From positions 2,016,001 through 2,080,000 of the forward strand of contig CAXXWQ010000004.1 of NCBI GenBank assembly GCA_963674945.2: 64,000 bases of DNA, read 5' to 3'. The position numbers were made by a program, and so were the translations under genes. This DNA is from an uncultured Desulfosarcina sp. (GTDB taxonomy: Bacteria; Desulfobacterota; Desulfobacteria; Desulfobacterales; Desulfosarcinaceae). Below the pieces are notes generated by a model. It saw only the letters and a program-made list of their open reading frames with translations, did no database searches and had not been told where the DNA came from. Below are positions 20,509-31,562 of the stretch, in pieces (the first letter of the stretch is position 1; each line of letters begins with the position of its first letter).

Positions 20509-22046
20509 ACCGTCAGCAGACTGTTGCCGGTCATCTCTTGCGGTTTTTCCAACCCCATCAATTCCAGCATGGTGGGGGCGATGTCACCCAGCCGGCCTTC
20601 CTGCAGCCGGACGCCTTTTCGCTTTTCGTCCACCAGAACCAGACGAACCGGATTGGTGGTGTGGGCCGTATAGGGTTTCCCATCGGCATCGGCCATCCGT
20701 TCCGAATTGCCGTGATCGGCTGTGACCAGGGCCACGCCACCTTGGGACAACAACTTGTCGAGCACCTTTTTCAGGCAACGATCCACGGTTTCGCAGGCCT
20801 TGACGGCGGCCGCCATGACACCGCTGTGCCCCACCATGTCCATGTTGGCGAAGTTGAGCACGATGAAATCGTATTTTCCCGATGCCAATCGATCGACCAC
20901 CTCATCGGCCAGTTGGGGGGCACTCATCTCCGGTTTCTGGTCGTATGTGGCCACCTCCCGGGGCGAAGGAATCAGGCAGCGATCCTCGTTTTCGAATGGG
21001 GTCTCTTCACCGCCGTTGAAGAAATAGGTGACATGGGCGTATTTCTCGGTTTCGGCGATGCGCAGCTGGTGAAGTCCATTTCGGCTGACCACCTCGCCGA
21101 GAATGTTGTCCAGATGAACCGGGCCGAATGCCATGGGCAGGTCGAAATGCTCATCGTAGAGGGTCATGGTGGTATAACCGGAAAGGTTGGGAGACACTTG
21201 ACGGGCAAATCCATCAAATCCTTTTTCGGTAAACGCCCGTGTGATTTCCCGGGCCCGGTCGGCACGGAAATTAAAGAATATAATGCCGTCACCGTCGCCC
21301 ACCGTTCCCACCGGATCTCCGTCTTGCCCCACAATGGCCACCGGTGTAACGAACTCGTCGGTCTCTTCCCGTTGGTACGCGTCTTTTACGGCAGAAACTG
21401 CATCGGATGCCTTTCGGCCCTCGCCCTGGGTATATAACCGGTAGGCCTTTTCCACACGGTCCCATCGCTTGTCCCGATCCATGGCATAGTATCTGCCACA
21501 GACCGATGCGATGGTACCGGCACCGGTTTTTCGGATGTGATCCGCAAGTTGCTTCAGGTATCCCGCACCACTGTCCGGTGGGGTGTCCCGACCGTCTAAT
21601 ATGCAATGGACAAAAACCTTGGAAAGCCCTTTTTGTTTGGCCATCTCGATCAGGGCAAACAGATGGGTCAATTGGCTGTGCACGCCGCCGTCGGACACGA
21701 GTCCCATGAGATGGATGGCCCGATCCTGTTTTGCCACGGTATCCATGACAGCCGAAAGCGCTTCGTTGTCAAAAAAGGTCTTGTCTTCGATGGCCTTGTC
21801 GATACGCATTAGATCCTGGTAAACGATGCGTCCGGCACCGATATTCATATGCCCCACTTCGCTGTTTCCCATGATGCCGTCGGGCAGCCCCACATCCCGT
21901 CCCGAACAGAAAAGCCGCGTGGATGGATATGTGGAAACGAGTCGGTCCAAAAAGGGGGTATCGGCCATTAAAACGGCATTGGTCGGTTCGTCTTTCCCGA
22001 TCCCCCATCCGTCGAGAATAATCAGCATGTGGGTCTTTTTCTGCAT
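20505..22046 (-). CDS. gpmI: 2,3-BPG-independent phosphoglycerate mutase
   Basis: LIILDGWG, MGNSEVGH, SDGGVHS, GRYYAMDRD, AETEKYAHVT, TADHGN. Confidence 0.97.
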   Translation of the reverse strand: MQKKTHMLIILDGWGIGKDEPTNAVLMADTPFLDRLVSTYPSTRLFCSGRDVGLPDGIMGNSEVGHMNIGAGRIVYQDLMRIDKAIEDKTFFDNEALSAVMDTVAKQDRAIHLMGLVSDGGVHSQLTHLFALIEMAKQKGLSKVFVHCILDGRDTPPDSGAGYLKQLADHIRKTGAGTIASVCGRYYAMDRDKRWDRVEKAYRLYTQGEGRKASDAVSAVKDAYQREETDEFVTPVAIVGQDGDPVGTVGDGDGIIFFNFRADRAREITRAFTEKGFDGFARQVSPNLSGYTTMTLYDEHFDLPMAFGPVHLDNILGEVVSRNGLHQLRIAETEKYAHVTYFFNGGEETPFENEDRCLIPSPREVATYDQKPEMSAPQLADEVVDRLASGKYDFIVLNFANMDMVGHSGVMAAAVKACETVDRCLKKVLDKLLSQGGVALVTADHGNSERMADADGKPYTAHTTNPVRLVLVDEKRKGVRLQEGRLGDIAPTMLELMGLEKPQEMTGNSLLTV

Positions 22047-22104
22047 TCGCTCGCTCCCGTTGTATTATGAAGTAGGTTTCATAATCAGCTAACATCGCCG
22101 ATTC

Positions 22105-22229
22105 GGGCGGTTTCGTAAAGAACTCGAGATCAAGGATTGCGAATCACGAGGAATGAGGCGTATAGATTATACGCCGCAATGACGAGAGATTCGCGTAACG
22201 CGGATATCGGGCTCTTTACGGAGCCGCCC
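22105..22229. repeat. ~125-bp palindromic repeat, copy 2
   Basis: GGGCGGTTTCGTAAAGAAC...GCTCTTTACGGAGCCGCCC with the same core as copy 1. Lies between rsfS and gpmI. Confidence 0.88.
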
Positions 22230-22232
22230 CTC

Positions 22233-22655
22233 CTATTCGATGAAGACCACCTCATCCGCCTCCCCCGCATCACCATCTTCACCATCATCGTCTGTCGCAT
22301 GTTTCATGCTCTCGCTGATGATCCGGCGGGCATCGGACCAAAGGGATTCCAGGTTGTAAAAAACTCGTGTCTGCTCGAAAAAGACATGAATGATCACGTG
22401 CCCGTAATCCATCAACACCCAATGCCCCTCCTTGAGTCCATCCACGCTCAAGGGTTTGATCCCCTGGTTCTTCAAATCCCTTAGAATATGTTCGGCGATG
22501 GCAGTCACCTGGCGATTTGACATGCCATGGCAGATCAAGAATGCATCCGCCAGGCTGGTAAGGTGGGCGACATCCAGCAATATCAGTTTTCTGGCCTTTT
22601 TCCCCAAGGCCGCTTTGACATATATGTCCAGTTCGGCATCATTTATCTGGGTCAT
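22233..22655 (-). CDS. rsfS: Ribosome silencing factor RsfS
   Basis: KKA..L.LLDV...S.AD.F.ICHG.SNRQV.AIAE, WVLMDYG.VIIHVF....R.FYNLE.LW. Confidence 0.93.
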   Translation of the reverse strand: MTQINDAELDIYVKAALGKKARKLILLDVAHLTSLADAFLICHGMSNRQVTAIAEHILRDLKNQGIKPLSVDGLKEGHWVLMDYGHVIIHVFFEQTRVFYNLESLWSDARRIISESMKHATDDDGEDGDAGEADEVVFIE

Positions 22656-23326
22656 CGATACAATTCCTTTCGCTCAATATAAGCGCACACCGCAGGCGGC
22701 ACAAGGGCATCGATTGTTTTTGCCGCCCGTATCCGTCTTCTGACGAGGCTGGACGAGACGGGAACGGGTGTCATGGGAAGCAGATGGAAACGGTCTTTGC
22801 CATCGAGTTGCCAGCACTGCCGAGCGTCGTCATAGGCGACGTTACCGGATAGTCGGTTTCGTATATAGTCGTCCATTCGACAAACCGGATCATCGGCGGC
22901 GTCGACCGGTTCCAGAAATCGGGCGACGACAATAGGTTCGGCCAATGACAGCAGACGACGATGCGCCTTCCACGTATGAATCTCTAAAAAAGCATCCAGT
23001 CCCATGATCAGTTTCAGCTTTGCACCGGGGACCACCCGTTTTCCGAAATACTCGACCGTATCGATCGTATAGGAGGGGCCTTCACGCCGAATTTCCGCGT
23101 CACTGAGATGATATCGACGGTCCGGGGGGATTGCCAATTGAATCATCCGCATTCGATCCGCAGCCGGTGCCAACTGGGTCGGAAACTTATGGGGCGGCAC
23201 CCGCAGGGGAATAACGTAGAGACGATCCAGATAAAAGTGTCGGAGAACTTGGTCTGCCACTGCCAGGTGGCCGTTGTGAATCGGGTTGAAGGTTCCTCCG
23301 AAGAGTCCTGCCTGCATGGGATACAT
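22652..23326 (-). CDS. nadD: Nicotinate-nucleotide adenylyltransferase
   Basis: GLFGGTFNPIHNGH, PPHK, SYTIDT, IMGLDAF, VSSSLVR. Confidence 0.95.
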   Translation of the reverse strand: MYPMQAGLFGGTFNPIHNGHLAVADQVLRHFYLDRLYVIPLRVPPHKFPTQLAPAADRMRMIQLAIPPDRRYHLSDAEIRREGPSYTIDTVEYFGKRVVPGAKLKLIMGLDAFLEIHTWKAHRRLLSLAEPIVVARFLEPVDAADDPVCRMDDYIRNRLSGNVAYDDARQCWQLDGKDRFHLLPMTPVPVSSSLVRRRIRAAKTIDALVPPAVCAYIERKELYR

Positions 23327-23335
23327 CCGGTTATT

Positions 23336-23460
23336 GGCGGCTTTGTAAAAAGTCCGATATCTGCGTTACGCTTCACTCCTCGTCACTGCGACGTATCTAT
23401 CCATACGCCTCATTCCTCGGGGTTCGCAAGCCTTGATCTCGAACTTTTTACAAAGCCGTC
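23336..23460. repeat. ~125-bp palindromic repeat, copy 3 (opposite orientation)
   Basis: GGCGGCTTTGTAAAAAGT...ACTTTTTACAAAGCCGTC. Lies between proA and nadD. Confidence 0.9.
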
Positions 23461-23477
23461 CGAAATCCGGCAGTCGA

Positions 23478-24734
23478 TTACTGGCGGATCTGACCCTGGC
23501 CCAATACCACGAACTTTTCGGTGGTCAGCTCGGATAGCCCCATGGGTCCGTAAGCGTGCAACTTGGAAGTGCTGATCCCCATTTCGGCACCGAGCCCCAA
23601 TTGGCCACCGTCGTTGAATCGGGTGGAGGCATTGACCAAAACGACCGAGGCATCCACCTCGCGCAGGAAACGGTGTGCCCTGCCATAATCGCCGGTAACG
23701 ATGGCTTCCGTATGATTGGATCCGTAACGGGCGATGTGGGCCATGGCCTCATCCATATCTGCCACCACTTTGACCGCCAGAGTGAGGTCCAGATACTCCT
23801 CGGGCCAATCCGCCTCGGTGGCGGCGGTGACATGGCCAAGGATGGAACGGGTATTTTCGCACCCGCGCAATTCCACACCGGCTTCTTCCATCCGACGTGC
23901 CACTTTCGGTAAAAATTCGTCGGCCACCTTCCGGTGGACCAGCAAGGTCTCCATGGCGTTACAGACCCCCGGTCGCTGGACCTTGGCGTTGAAGGCGATG
24001 GATTCTGCCATCGTAAGGTCGGCCGATTGGTCCACGAACACATGGCAAACGCCCTTGTAGTGTTTGAGAACCGGTATCCTGGAATTTTCCACCACGAAGC
24101 GGATCAACCCCTCTCCGCCACGTGGAATGATCAGATCCACGAAGGATTCCTGGGCCAGAAGAACATTGATGGCCTTTCTGTCCGTCGTAGGTACCACCTG
24201 GGCGGCCTTGGATGGAAGGCCGACCGTCTTCAGGGCATCGCCGATGATCCGTGCCAGGGCTTTGTTGGAGTGAAGGGCCTCGGAACCACCCCGCAAGATG
24301 ACGGCGTTGCCGGACTTCAGGCAAAGACCCGCTGCATCGATGGTCACATTGGGCCGTGACTCGTAGATGATACCGATCACCCCCAAAGGAATGCGCATCC
24401 TGGAGACCCGCAGGCCGTTGGGACGAATCCGGGTTTCGCCCATGGTACCCACCGGGTCCTCATACCCCGCCACCTCACGCAATCCATCGGCCATGGAGGC
24501 AATGGTCTTATCGGTGATGGTGAGGCGATCCACCATGGCCGCAGAAAGACCGGCCGCCTTGGCCGACTCCAGATCCTTGGCGTTCTCCTGAAAAATTTCT
24601 GTGCTTCTTTGTTCCAGCAATTCGGCCATGGTGAGGAGCACACGATTTTTTTGGGTCGTATCGCACCGACCGATAACGCCGGCCGCATCTTTGGCCTCGC
24701 GGGCCATGGTTTTGATGGTTTCGTCGATGTTCAT
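23478..24734 (-). CDS. proA: Glutamate-5-semialdehyde dehydrogenase
   Basis: [47 protein letters not shown] 24734 has SD GAGGA; track start is 24755. Confidence 0.96.
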   Translation of the reverse strand: MNIDETIKTMAREAKDAAGVIGRCDTTQKNRVLLTMAELLEQRSTEIFQENAKDLESAKAAGLSAAMVDRLTITDKTIASMADGLREVAGYEDPVGTMGETRIRPNGLRVSRMRIPLGVIGIIYESRPNVTIDAAGLCLKSGNAVILRGGSEALHSNKALARIIGDALKTVGLPSKAAQVVPTTDRKAINVLLAQESFVDLIIPRGGEGLIRFVVENSRIPVLKHYKGVCHVFVDQSADLTMAESIAFNAKVQRPGVCNAMETLLVHRKVADEFLPKVARRMEEAGVELRGCENTRSILGHVTAATEADWPEEYLDLTLAVKVVADMDEAMAHIARYGSNHTEAIVTGDYGRAHRFLREVDASVVLVNASTRFNDGGQLGLGAEMGISTSKLHAYGPMGLSELTTEKFVVLGQGQIRQ

Positions 24735-24738
24735 GGCG

Positions 24739-25893
24739 TTATTCCTCTTCTGCATGTTCTATATTCCGGTGAACGACCAGGTTGTTTCTGTGAATCACCT
24801 CGTCATAGGTCTTCTGGCCGAGACAGGTCTTGATGTCACTGCTCTTTTTGCCCATGATCATTCGAATCTCATCGGCGGAGTAGTTTACCAATCCGTTTCC
24901 GATGAAACGGTCACGGCTGCCGACAACGGCAACCGCCGATCCCACGGCGAACTGCCCCGTAACCCCTACGATACCGCTGGGAAGCAGGCTCTTCCCATTA
25001 TTCAAAAGCGCCTCGGTGGCCCCTTCATCGACGATAATGGTCCCCTGGGTGGTGACCGTATATCCGATCCAGCGCTTCTTTCGGTTCAGTCTGTCCTTTC
25101 GGGGAACGAAATATGTGCCATGGTTTTCTCCGGCCAACAGTCCGGATAGAATTTCCGGTCGATACCCACTGGCGATAACCATGGGAATTCCCGACTGGGT
25201 TACTTTCCGGGCCGCCTTGATCTTGCTGCGCATCCCCCCCGTACCCAGGGCTCCGGGGATGTCGCCGGCGACTTTTTCGATGCGTTTGCCAAGGGTCGTC
25301 ACCCGGTCAATGAGCCGCGCATTGGGATGGACCCGGGGATCCTTGTCATACAAGCCGTCGATATCCGTGAGATTGATAAAAATGTCGGCATCCAACTGGA
25401 GGGCGATCATGGCCGCCAGATTGTCGTTGTCGCCCAGCTTGATCTCTTCCACCATGATGGTGTCATTCTCGTTGATGATGGGAACAACCATCCATTCCAA
25501 CAGCGTGTGCAGGGTGTTTCGAGCGTTCAGGTATCGTTTTCGGTTGGTCAGATCCTCGCTGGTAAGCAAAATCTGGGCAACTTTACGGCCAAAACGCCCG
25601 AACGCTTTCTCCCACTCCCGGATCAAACCGGCCTGTCCCACGGCGGCGATGGCCTGACGTTTGGGGATTGCCTCGGGCCGTTCGGTAAATCCCATTTTTT
25701 TCATTCCTGACGCCATGGCACCCGACGAAACGAGAATGATCTGGTGGCCCTCATCCAACAGGTGGCAAATCTGGCTGCCAATGGCGTCGATGGCGTCAAG
25801 ATTGAGGCCGTCTTTGGCCGTCAACACATTGCTGCCCACTTTAACCACTGCCCGCATCCTGGTCTCAGGCCTTTTCTTCAAATTCTGCGTCAT
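24739..25893 (-). CDS. proB: Glutamate 5-kinase
   Basis: [36 protein letters not shown]-terminal PUA domain. Confidence 0.96.
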   Translation of the reverse strand: MTQNLKKRPETRMRAVVKVGSNVLTAKDGLNLDAIDAIGSQICHLLDEGHQIILVSSGAMASGMKKMGFTERPEAIPKRQAIAAVGQAGLIREWEKAFGRFGRKVAQILLTSEDLTNRKRYLNARNTLHTLLEWMVVPIINENDTIMVEEIKLGDNDNLAAMIALQLDADIFINLTDIDGLYDKDPRVHPNARLIDRVTTLGKRIEKVAGDIPGALGTGGMRSKIKAARKVTQSGIPMVIASGYRPEILSGLLAGENHGTYFVPRKDRLNRKKRWIGYTVTTQGTIIVDEGATEALLNNGKSLLPSGIVGVTGQFAVGSAVAVVGSRDRFIGNGLVNYSADEIRMIMGKKSSDIKTCLGQKTYDEVIHRNNLVVHRNIEHAEEE

Positions 25894-26887
25894 CGCATCG
25901 GTCCAACATATCGCAAAGGGTTGCCGTCAACTGGTCCAGCCCCGCTCCGGAGGCAGCAGAGATTCTGAGGATGTCCGTCGTTTCAAGAGCCTGGATGAAA
26001 AATTCGGCCGCATCCGGAGCCCAGGGAACGTCCATCTTGTTCAATACCACGATTTGGGGCTTCTCGGCCAGAATCCGACTGTGTTGTCGAAGCTCTTCGT
26101 TTACCGTTTCAAAATCCTTTAGGGGATGATCCGGATCGATGGCAGCCGCATCCACCAGGTGCAAAAGGATGCGTGTCCTCTCGACGTGGCGCAAAAAACG
26201 GATACCGAGCCCCGTTCCCTCGTGAGCCCCTTCGATGAGGCCGGGAATATCGGCCATGATGAAAGGCTCCCGACGGTTGGCCCGGACGACACCGAGATTC
26301 GGGGTCAGCGTAGTAAAGGGATACTCTGCGATCTTCGGTTTGGCCGAAGAAAGGGCGGAAATCAGGGTCGACTTGCCGGCATTGGGCAGGCCCACGATGC
26401 CCACATCGGCGATGAGTTTCAATTCCAGCCGAAGGTTCAGGGATTGGCCCGGCTCTCCGGGTTGTGCGAATCGGGGGGTTCTGTTGGTGGCGGACTTGAA
26501 CCGCGCGTTGCCAAGTCCCCCGCGACCACCTTTTGCAACGACGAAGACCTCGTCGGGTGTAACGAGGTCTTTGAGAAGCGTTCCGGTGTCAGCGTCAATC
26601 ACGAGGGTGCCGGCGGGTAGTTCGATGAAAAGATCGTCTCCGCCTTTTCCCGCACGATTTTTTCCCTGGCCGCCCGCTCCGTTTTTCGCCTTGTAATGCT
26701 TATTGAACTGAAGGTGGTACAAGGTGCGTTTTTTGGTCGTCGCTTTAAAGACCACATCGCCACCTCGTCCCCCATCACCGCCGTCCGGCCCTCCTTTGGG
26801 AATGTATTTTTCCCGCCGGAAGCTGACGCAACCGGCGCCACCATTGCCCGACTGGACGGAGATACGCGCTTCGTCAACGAATTTCAC
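25865..26887 (-). CDS. obgE: GTPase ObgE/CgtA
   Basis: [40 protein letters not shown]. Confidence 0.97.
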   Translation of the reverse strand: MKFVDEARISVQSGNGGAGCVSFRREKYIPKGGPDGGDGGRGGDVVFKATTKKRTLYHLQFNKHYKAKNGAGGQGKNRAGKGGDDLFIELPAGTLVIDADTGTLLKDLVTPDEVFVVAKGGRGGLGNARFKSATNRTPRFAQPGEPGQSLNLRLELKLIADVGIVGLPNAGKSTLISALSSAKPKIAEYPFTTLTPNLGVVRANRREPFIMADIPGLIEGAHEGTGLGIRFLRHVERTRILLHLVDAAAIDPDHPLKDFETVNEELRQHSRILAEKPQIVVLNKMDVPWAPDAAEFFIQALETTDILRISAASGAGLDQLTATLCDMLDRCDDAEFEEKA

Positions 26888-27138
26888 GCGGCATAAACGC
26901 TCACCTGTTTACGGTCCCTGCCTTTGCGTTCATAGGTGACCACGCCATCGATCAGGGCGTACAGGGTATAATCCTTTCCCATCCCCACGTTGACGCCGGG
27001 ATGAATCTTCGTCCCCACCTGTCTCACCAGGATGTTTCCGGCAAGAACCGACTGGCCCCCAAATCGTTTGACGCCCCTTCGCTGGGCATTGCTGTCCCGT
27101 CCGTTCTTCGAGCTACCGGCTGCTTTTTTATGTGCCAT
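26884..27138 (-). CDS. rpmA: 50S ribosomal protein L27
   Basis: [31 protein letters not shown] 27138 with SD AGGAG. Confidence 0.97.
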   Translation of the reverse strand: MAHKKAAGSSKNGRDSNAQRRGVKRFGGQSVLAGNILVRQVGTKIHPGVNVGMGKDYTLYALIDGVVTYERKGRDRKQVSVYAA

Positions 27139-27205
27139 GATGTTCTCCTGACAAACCGAGGATCCCAACGAAATTGTATGGGAGCCTTTTAAATTAATTT
27201 CTTTC

Positions 27206-27397
27206 TGTTGTTTCAGAAATAGGATAATTTGGTTGAGATTAAGGCGCACCACCCAAATTTTAGCTCGGGTTTACCGCAGGTGCCCCGAAGGAAATGCCCT
27301 TGGGGTGCATATGGTTGATATTCCGAGGATCAAATTTTTCGGGCAACGCTGATATCGCCCCAAGCTACAATTGAATTAGCCATTTCTGAAATAGCAA
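27206..27397. mobile_element. ~190-bp MITE-like element between rplU and rpmA
   Basis: Imperfect terminal inverted repeats (TGTTGTTTCAGAAATAGGATAATT / AATTAGCCATTTTCTGAAATAGCA). Internal hairpin GCCCCGAAGG..CCTTGGGGT. Sub-motifs GAGATTAAGGC and CAACGCTGATATCG resemble the 125-bp family. Confidence 0.65.
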
Positions 27398-27400
27398 GAT

Positions 27401-27712
27401 TTATGCTTCGATGCTGTCGATCCGAATGGCCGTAAAAGGCTGGCGGTGCCCCTGTTTTCGTCGGTACCGTTTTCTGCGCTTATATTTGAAAACGATGATT
27501 TTTTTCGCCCTGCCCTGGGCTACGATCTGTCCGTGAACCGTCACGCCCTCCACCTCGGGCTGACCGATCTTGACATCTTCGCCATCGGAAAATATAAGCA
27601 CTTTGTCGAAAGCGACCTGGGATCCGACATCCCCGGACAACTTTTCAACCCTGAGGACGTCCCCTTCCTCGACCTTATATTGCTTACCGCCTGTGGCAAC
27701 CACTGCGTACAT
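27401..27712 (-). CDS. rplU: 50S ribosomal protein L21
   Basis: [14 protein letters not shown]...[20 protein letters not shown]. Confidence 0.98.
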   Translation of the reverse strand: MYAVVATGGKQYKVEEGDVLRVEKLSGDVGSQVAFDKVLIFSDGEDVKIGQPEVEGVTVHGQIVAQGRAKKIIVFKYKRRKRYRRKQGHRQPFTAIRIDSIEA

Positions 27713-27767
27713 GTTGTCAGTCCTCCTGTAAAAACAATCCTGTGTTTCAAGTCATAAAAAATAAGAA

Positions 27768-27795
27768 ATATTAAATTATTCGCCGTCGTTGTCAA
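27768..27795 (-). promoter_or_regulatory. Putative sigma70 promoter of rplU operon
   Basis: Minus strand TTGACA-N16-TAATAT. Confidence 0.55.
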
Positions 27796-27910
27796 GAAAA
27801 AAAGGGAGATGGACATCCTCATGTTTATCCTTATAATCTTGAAAGATTCCTGAAACGGCGTCACTGGTAAACCCTCGACAACGGCTTATCATGAAACGGG
27901 AAGAGGCAAC

Positions 27911-28714
27911 GTGGAACGGCAACATCGAAAAATCATCATCATGGAAAAGGGTCAGGAACGATTCCAACCCATGATCCTGATCGGGGAAGAGCCACTATCC
28001 ATCCGTGTTCAGGGTTCCCCCTATGCGGTTGTCATGCGAACCCCCGGTGACGAGAAGGCTCACGTGGCCGGCTTCTGCCTCGGCGAAGGTATCGTGGATG
28101 ATCCCGATGAGATCATCAATATCGGATTTTGTGACGGCGAAGATACCAATGTGGCGGCCGTCACCCTGACCGTCGACCGACGCGCGAAAATCGCAGAGCA
28201 TCTTGATCGACGGACCTATATCAGCCAGACTTCCTGTGGCATCTGCGGGAAATCCATCGTCGATGACCTGGCTCAGGCCATCTCCCCAATGGATAAGGAC
28301 GAGGTCTTGGATGGCAATGCCGCTTTATCAGCCTTGCTCTCTCTGGAAAAATACCAGCCGCTTCGAGATCGAACCCGAGCCTCCCACGCCGCCGCCATTT
28401 ACGACCGGAAAATAAGACAACTCAGTGTTGCCGAGGATGTGGGCCGGCACAACGCACTGGACAAAGCCATCGGCCGTCTGTTTTTGGAACGGAAATTGGA
28501 ACATGCGCGGCTATTGATTCTTTCATCCCGAATCAGTTACGAGATGCTCCAGAAGGCGGCGCGTGCCCGGATTCCGGTTATCCTGGCCTTATCCCGCCCC
28601 ACTTCCCTTTCTGTCGAGTTGGCAACCAGCCTGAACATGACGCTGGCCACCTTGGAAAAAGACGGCAATCTCATCGTTTACTGCAATCCCCACCGATTGG
28701 CGTGGGTCGATTGA
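27911..28714 (+). CDS. fdhD: Formate dehydrogenase accessory sulfurtransferase FdhD
   Basis: EEPL.I, MRTPG, SCGICG, EDVGRHNALDKAIG, SSRISYEMLQKA. Confidence 0.94.
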   Translation: MERQHRKIIIMEKGQERFQPMILIGEEPLSIRVQGSPYAVVMRTPGDEKAHVAGFCLGEGIVDDPDEIINIGFCDGEDTNVAAVTLTVDRRAKIAEHLDRRTYISQTSCGICGKSIVDDLAQAISPMDKDEVLDGNAALSALLSLEKYQPLRDRTRASHAAAIYDRKIRQLSVAEDVGRHNALDKAIGRLFLERKLEHARLLILSSRISYEMLQKAARARIPVILALSRPTSLSVELATSLNMTLATLEKDGNLIVYCNPHRLAWVD

Positions 28715-28724
28715 ATCCTGCCAG

Positions 28725-29750
28725 ATGAACGATCCGAGACTATCCCGCCTTCTCAATCGTCCCTTGCGCATCGGAAAGGCCGCCATCGACGGCCGCCTGA
28801 CGCTTGCTCCCATGACCCTTCTGGGACATATTGCATTCCGTGAACTTTTGGCTGGCTTCGGCGGCTACGGCCTGATGTTCGGCGAAATGTGTGCCGCCCG
28901 GCGAATCCCCAATGAAAACCCCGACCGTTCCGCATATTTCTGCTGGCGGGAGGAAGAAAAACAACAGTTGGTGATGCAGATTTTCGGGGCGGACCCGGCC
29001 CAGATGGCAACGGCGGCTGCAATCATCGAAGACAAAGGACTTTTCGGTGTGGACCTGAACTTCGGCTGCTCCGTGAAAAACATCTGTAAACGGCAATGCG
29101 GCGCAGCCCTGCTCAAGACACCGGCACTGGCCGTACGCATCGTAGAGGCCGTTCGGCGGGCCGTCGGATGCCCGCTGTTCGTCAAGTTTCGAACGGGCTG
29201 GACCGATGATCCGGATATCCCGGTGGCCCTGGCACGGCGATTCCAGTCGGCCGGCGCCGACGCCCTGACGTTTCATCCACGGGTGGCACCGGACCGACGG
29301 TCACGCCCCCCTCGCTGGGACTATATACGGCGGGTCAAGGATGCGGTCACCATTCCGGTATTCGGCAATGGAAACGTCTTCGATGGAGTCGACTGCCGAC
29401 GAATGCTGGAAACCACTGGCTGTGACGGCGTGGCCATCGGTCGCATGGCCATCGCCCGACCCTGGATCATGGCCGAATTGACCGGTAATACAACGCCCGC
29501 CCCCGACATCTATCGGCAAACGGCTTTCGCCATGTTGGATCTGGTGCAGAAACATTTCGACGAGAGGCGTGCCCTTCGACGGTACAAAAAATTCGCCGGC
29601 TACTACAGCGCCAACTTCAAGTTTGCCCATACCTTTTGCAAACGAACGGGAAATGCCGCGAGCATGGACGAGTTGCGGCAAGAGCTGGAATCCTTTTTCC
29701 AGAGTGACCCGGAAACGACCAAGCGTCCGAACATGAATTTTTTTCAGTAA
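28725..29750 (+). CDS. tRNA-dihydrouridine synthase family protein
   Basis: LAPM, QIFG, DLNFGCSV, GAALL, VKFRTGW, TFHPR, GNGNV, GVAIGR. Confidence 0.88.
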   Translation: MNDPRLSRLLNRPLRIGKAAIDGRLTLAPMTLLGHIAFRELLAGFGGYGLMFGEMCAARRIPNENPDRSAYFCWREEEKQQLVMQIFGADPAQMATAAAIIEDKGLFGVDLNFGCSVKNICKRQCGAALLKTPALAVRIVEAVRRAVGCPLFVKFRTGWTDDPDIPVALARRFQSAGADALTFHPRVAPDRRSRPPRWDYIRRVKDAVTIPVFGNGNVFDGVDCRRMLETTGCDGVAIGRMAIARPWIMAELTGNTTPAPDIYRQTAFAMLDLVQKHFDERRALRRYKKFAGYYSANFKFAHTFCKRTGNAASMDELRQELESFFQSDPETTKRPNMNFFQ

Positions 29751-29756
29751 AACAGA

Positions 29757-30530
29757 CTAGTTCCCAAAATATGTGCTGTACGCCAGCTTGAGGATCGTGA
29801 TCGCCACGACAATCAAGAAAAAACCCCGAACAAACGCCGTCCCCCTCTGGATCACCAGCCTCGAACCAAAAAATGCCCCCAACATCTGGCCAACCCCCAT
29901 GATCACGCCAGCGGAAACCATAACATGGCCGCCCAGAAAAAAGGCAGCCAAAGCAATCACGTTACTCGTAAAGTTAAAAACCTTGGTGTGTGCAGTGGCT
30001 TTTTTCAGGTTGAGCCCCAGCACGACCACGAGGACAATCGTCCAGAAGGATCCTGTTCCCGGGCCAAAAAAGCCGTCGTAAAATCCCAGCACCAGACCGG
30101 CACAAATGAAAAAAACCGGAGCGGCCAGATACGATCGTCGGTCCAACTTTCCCAGATCCGGAGACAACCAGGTAAAAAGAAAGATCCCTACCAGGAGAAA
30201 AAGGATGATATGCTGCAAAAAATCCGGTGACAACACCTGGACGGTCAGGGTCCCGGCAAGGGCACCCAGAGCGGTGAATAATACGCCGGTGGGGATCTCC
30301 TTGGGATTCACCAGTCCCATTCGAGTGTAGTTGACCGTTGCCGTCAGACTGCCGAAGGTTCCCTGGAGCTTGTTGGTACCCAACGCCAGATGGGGCGGCA
30401 TACCTGTGGCCAGCAACGCGGGCAGGGAGATAATCCCCCCACCACCTGCGATGGAGTCCACGAATCCGGCAAACAGGCCTGTAATCAAGAGAAAAAAATA
30501 TGCTGCGAAGGAGAGAATCTCCATTGGCAA
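29757..30530 (-). CDS. TSUP (YfcA-like) transporter
   Basis: AGFVDSIAGGGGIISLPALL, LGTNKLQ, GFYDGFFGPGTGSF. Confidence 0.9.
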   Translation of the reverse strand: MPMEILSFAAYFFLLITGLFAGFVDSIAGGGGIISLPALLATGMPPHLALGTNKLQGTFGSLTATVNYTRMGLVNPKEIPTGVLFTALGALAGTLTVQVLSPDFLQHIILFLLVGIFLFTWLSPDLGKLDRRSYLAAPVFFICAGLVLGFYDGFFGPGTGSFWTIVLVVVLGLNLKKATAHTKVFNFTSNVIALAAFFLGGHVMVSAGVIMGVGQMLGAFFGSRLVIQRGTAFVRGFFLIVVAITILKLAYSTYFGN

Positions 30531-30535
30531 TCACC

Positions 30536-30757
30536 CTATATATAGATGTCCAGAAGCGTCCCCACCTGACCGCAGGTGATCAACCTGCCCTTGGGGCCAT
30601 ACCAGGGACCGGTTTCGGATTCGAAAATATCCACCCACACCGTTTGCCCGACACGCCACAGTCGACCGGAGGATTCACCGGAGGCGAGATGATTTTCGGC
30701 ATTGTTGTGCATCGGCGTGGATAGGGCGGCCGGCACGAGGGCGGTGGTTTGAGCCAT
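30536..30757 (-). CDS. Small hypothetical protein
   Basis: 73-aa ORF ending YGPKG...GTLLDIYI, abutting the downstream TSUP gene. Confidence 0.45.
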   Translation of the reverse strand: MAQTTALVPAALSTPMHNNAENHLASGESSGRLWRVGQTVWVDIFESETGPWYGPKGRLITCGQVGTLLDIYI

Positions 30758-30984
30758 GCAAAAACTTTCGGCAATTTACGCAAAGTTCGATGTTAAACAT
30801 TTTTCATCTGTCCGCCGATTGATGGAACGCAACAATCGTACAAAAAAGATAAAATTTGTTACAAATTGTAATCATTGGTTATTTTAGCGCCCATGGGCAC
30901 GAAAAACGGTTTCGCTGCAAATTCTGCCCGGTCATTTTTACCCAATAACTGAAAACCGAAAGATCATGCTTTACAAACAGGTGT

Positions 30985-31269
30985 TTACGAATTTCGCTTT
31001 GGCGGTGTAGAGAAAAATGGGAGGACCAATGTTTCAGATTTTTCATTCGGAAGTGTCTTGGCAGCGGCATCGTTATCCTCAGAGGATTCCATCTGCCGGA
31101 GCTTTTCCCGGGCCGCTTTGGAGATAGTGACCCGGTCGACGACGCCAAAGGGCCGCTCATCGGCGGATTGACGCCCATGGGCCAATGGATCTTTGTGCGT
31201 AATTCGACGGATCGGTGCGATCTTCCGGTTGTCTACGACGATATATGGTGTGTTGTCATCTATTTTCAT
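30985..31269 (-). CDS. Small hypothetical protein
   Basis: 94-aa ORF with DRVTISKAAREK, filling an otherwise intergenic space. Confidence 0.55.
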   Translation of the reverse strand: MKIDDNTPYIVVDNRKIAPIRRITHKDPLAHGRQSADERPFGVVDRVTISKAAREKLRQMESSEDNDAAAKTLPNEKSETLVLPFFSTPPKRNS

Positions 31270-31562
31270 GGTGTCTCGACCGTATCTTTCATTTCACTCG
31301 ATTCACATTTCATAAGTATCGCGATACGTCTCCTCGGTCGAAGATTTCTTTTAATCATACAAATAATAAGCATTATCAAGCAAAAATGAACGGCCGGGTT
31401 GAAGTTGGTAATGAAAAAGGGTAGAAACGAAAGAACGTATCAGAAAAATTGCACACTGGTATCAACAAATAATTCCCTTGTCCGCTTTTTTTTTCAAACC
31501 GGGATAACGATAGGACTGTTTGCCACAGCAATCTCAGTGCCCCCTTGCAGGAGCTGTTTTCA

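Noticed and set aside
27139..27252. N-terminal extension of L27
   Set aside because: It runs into the inserted element. The canonical MAHKK start has its own SD.
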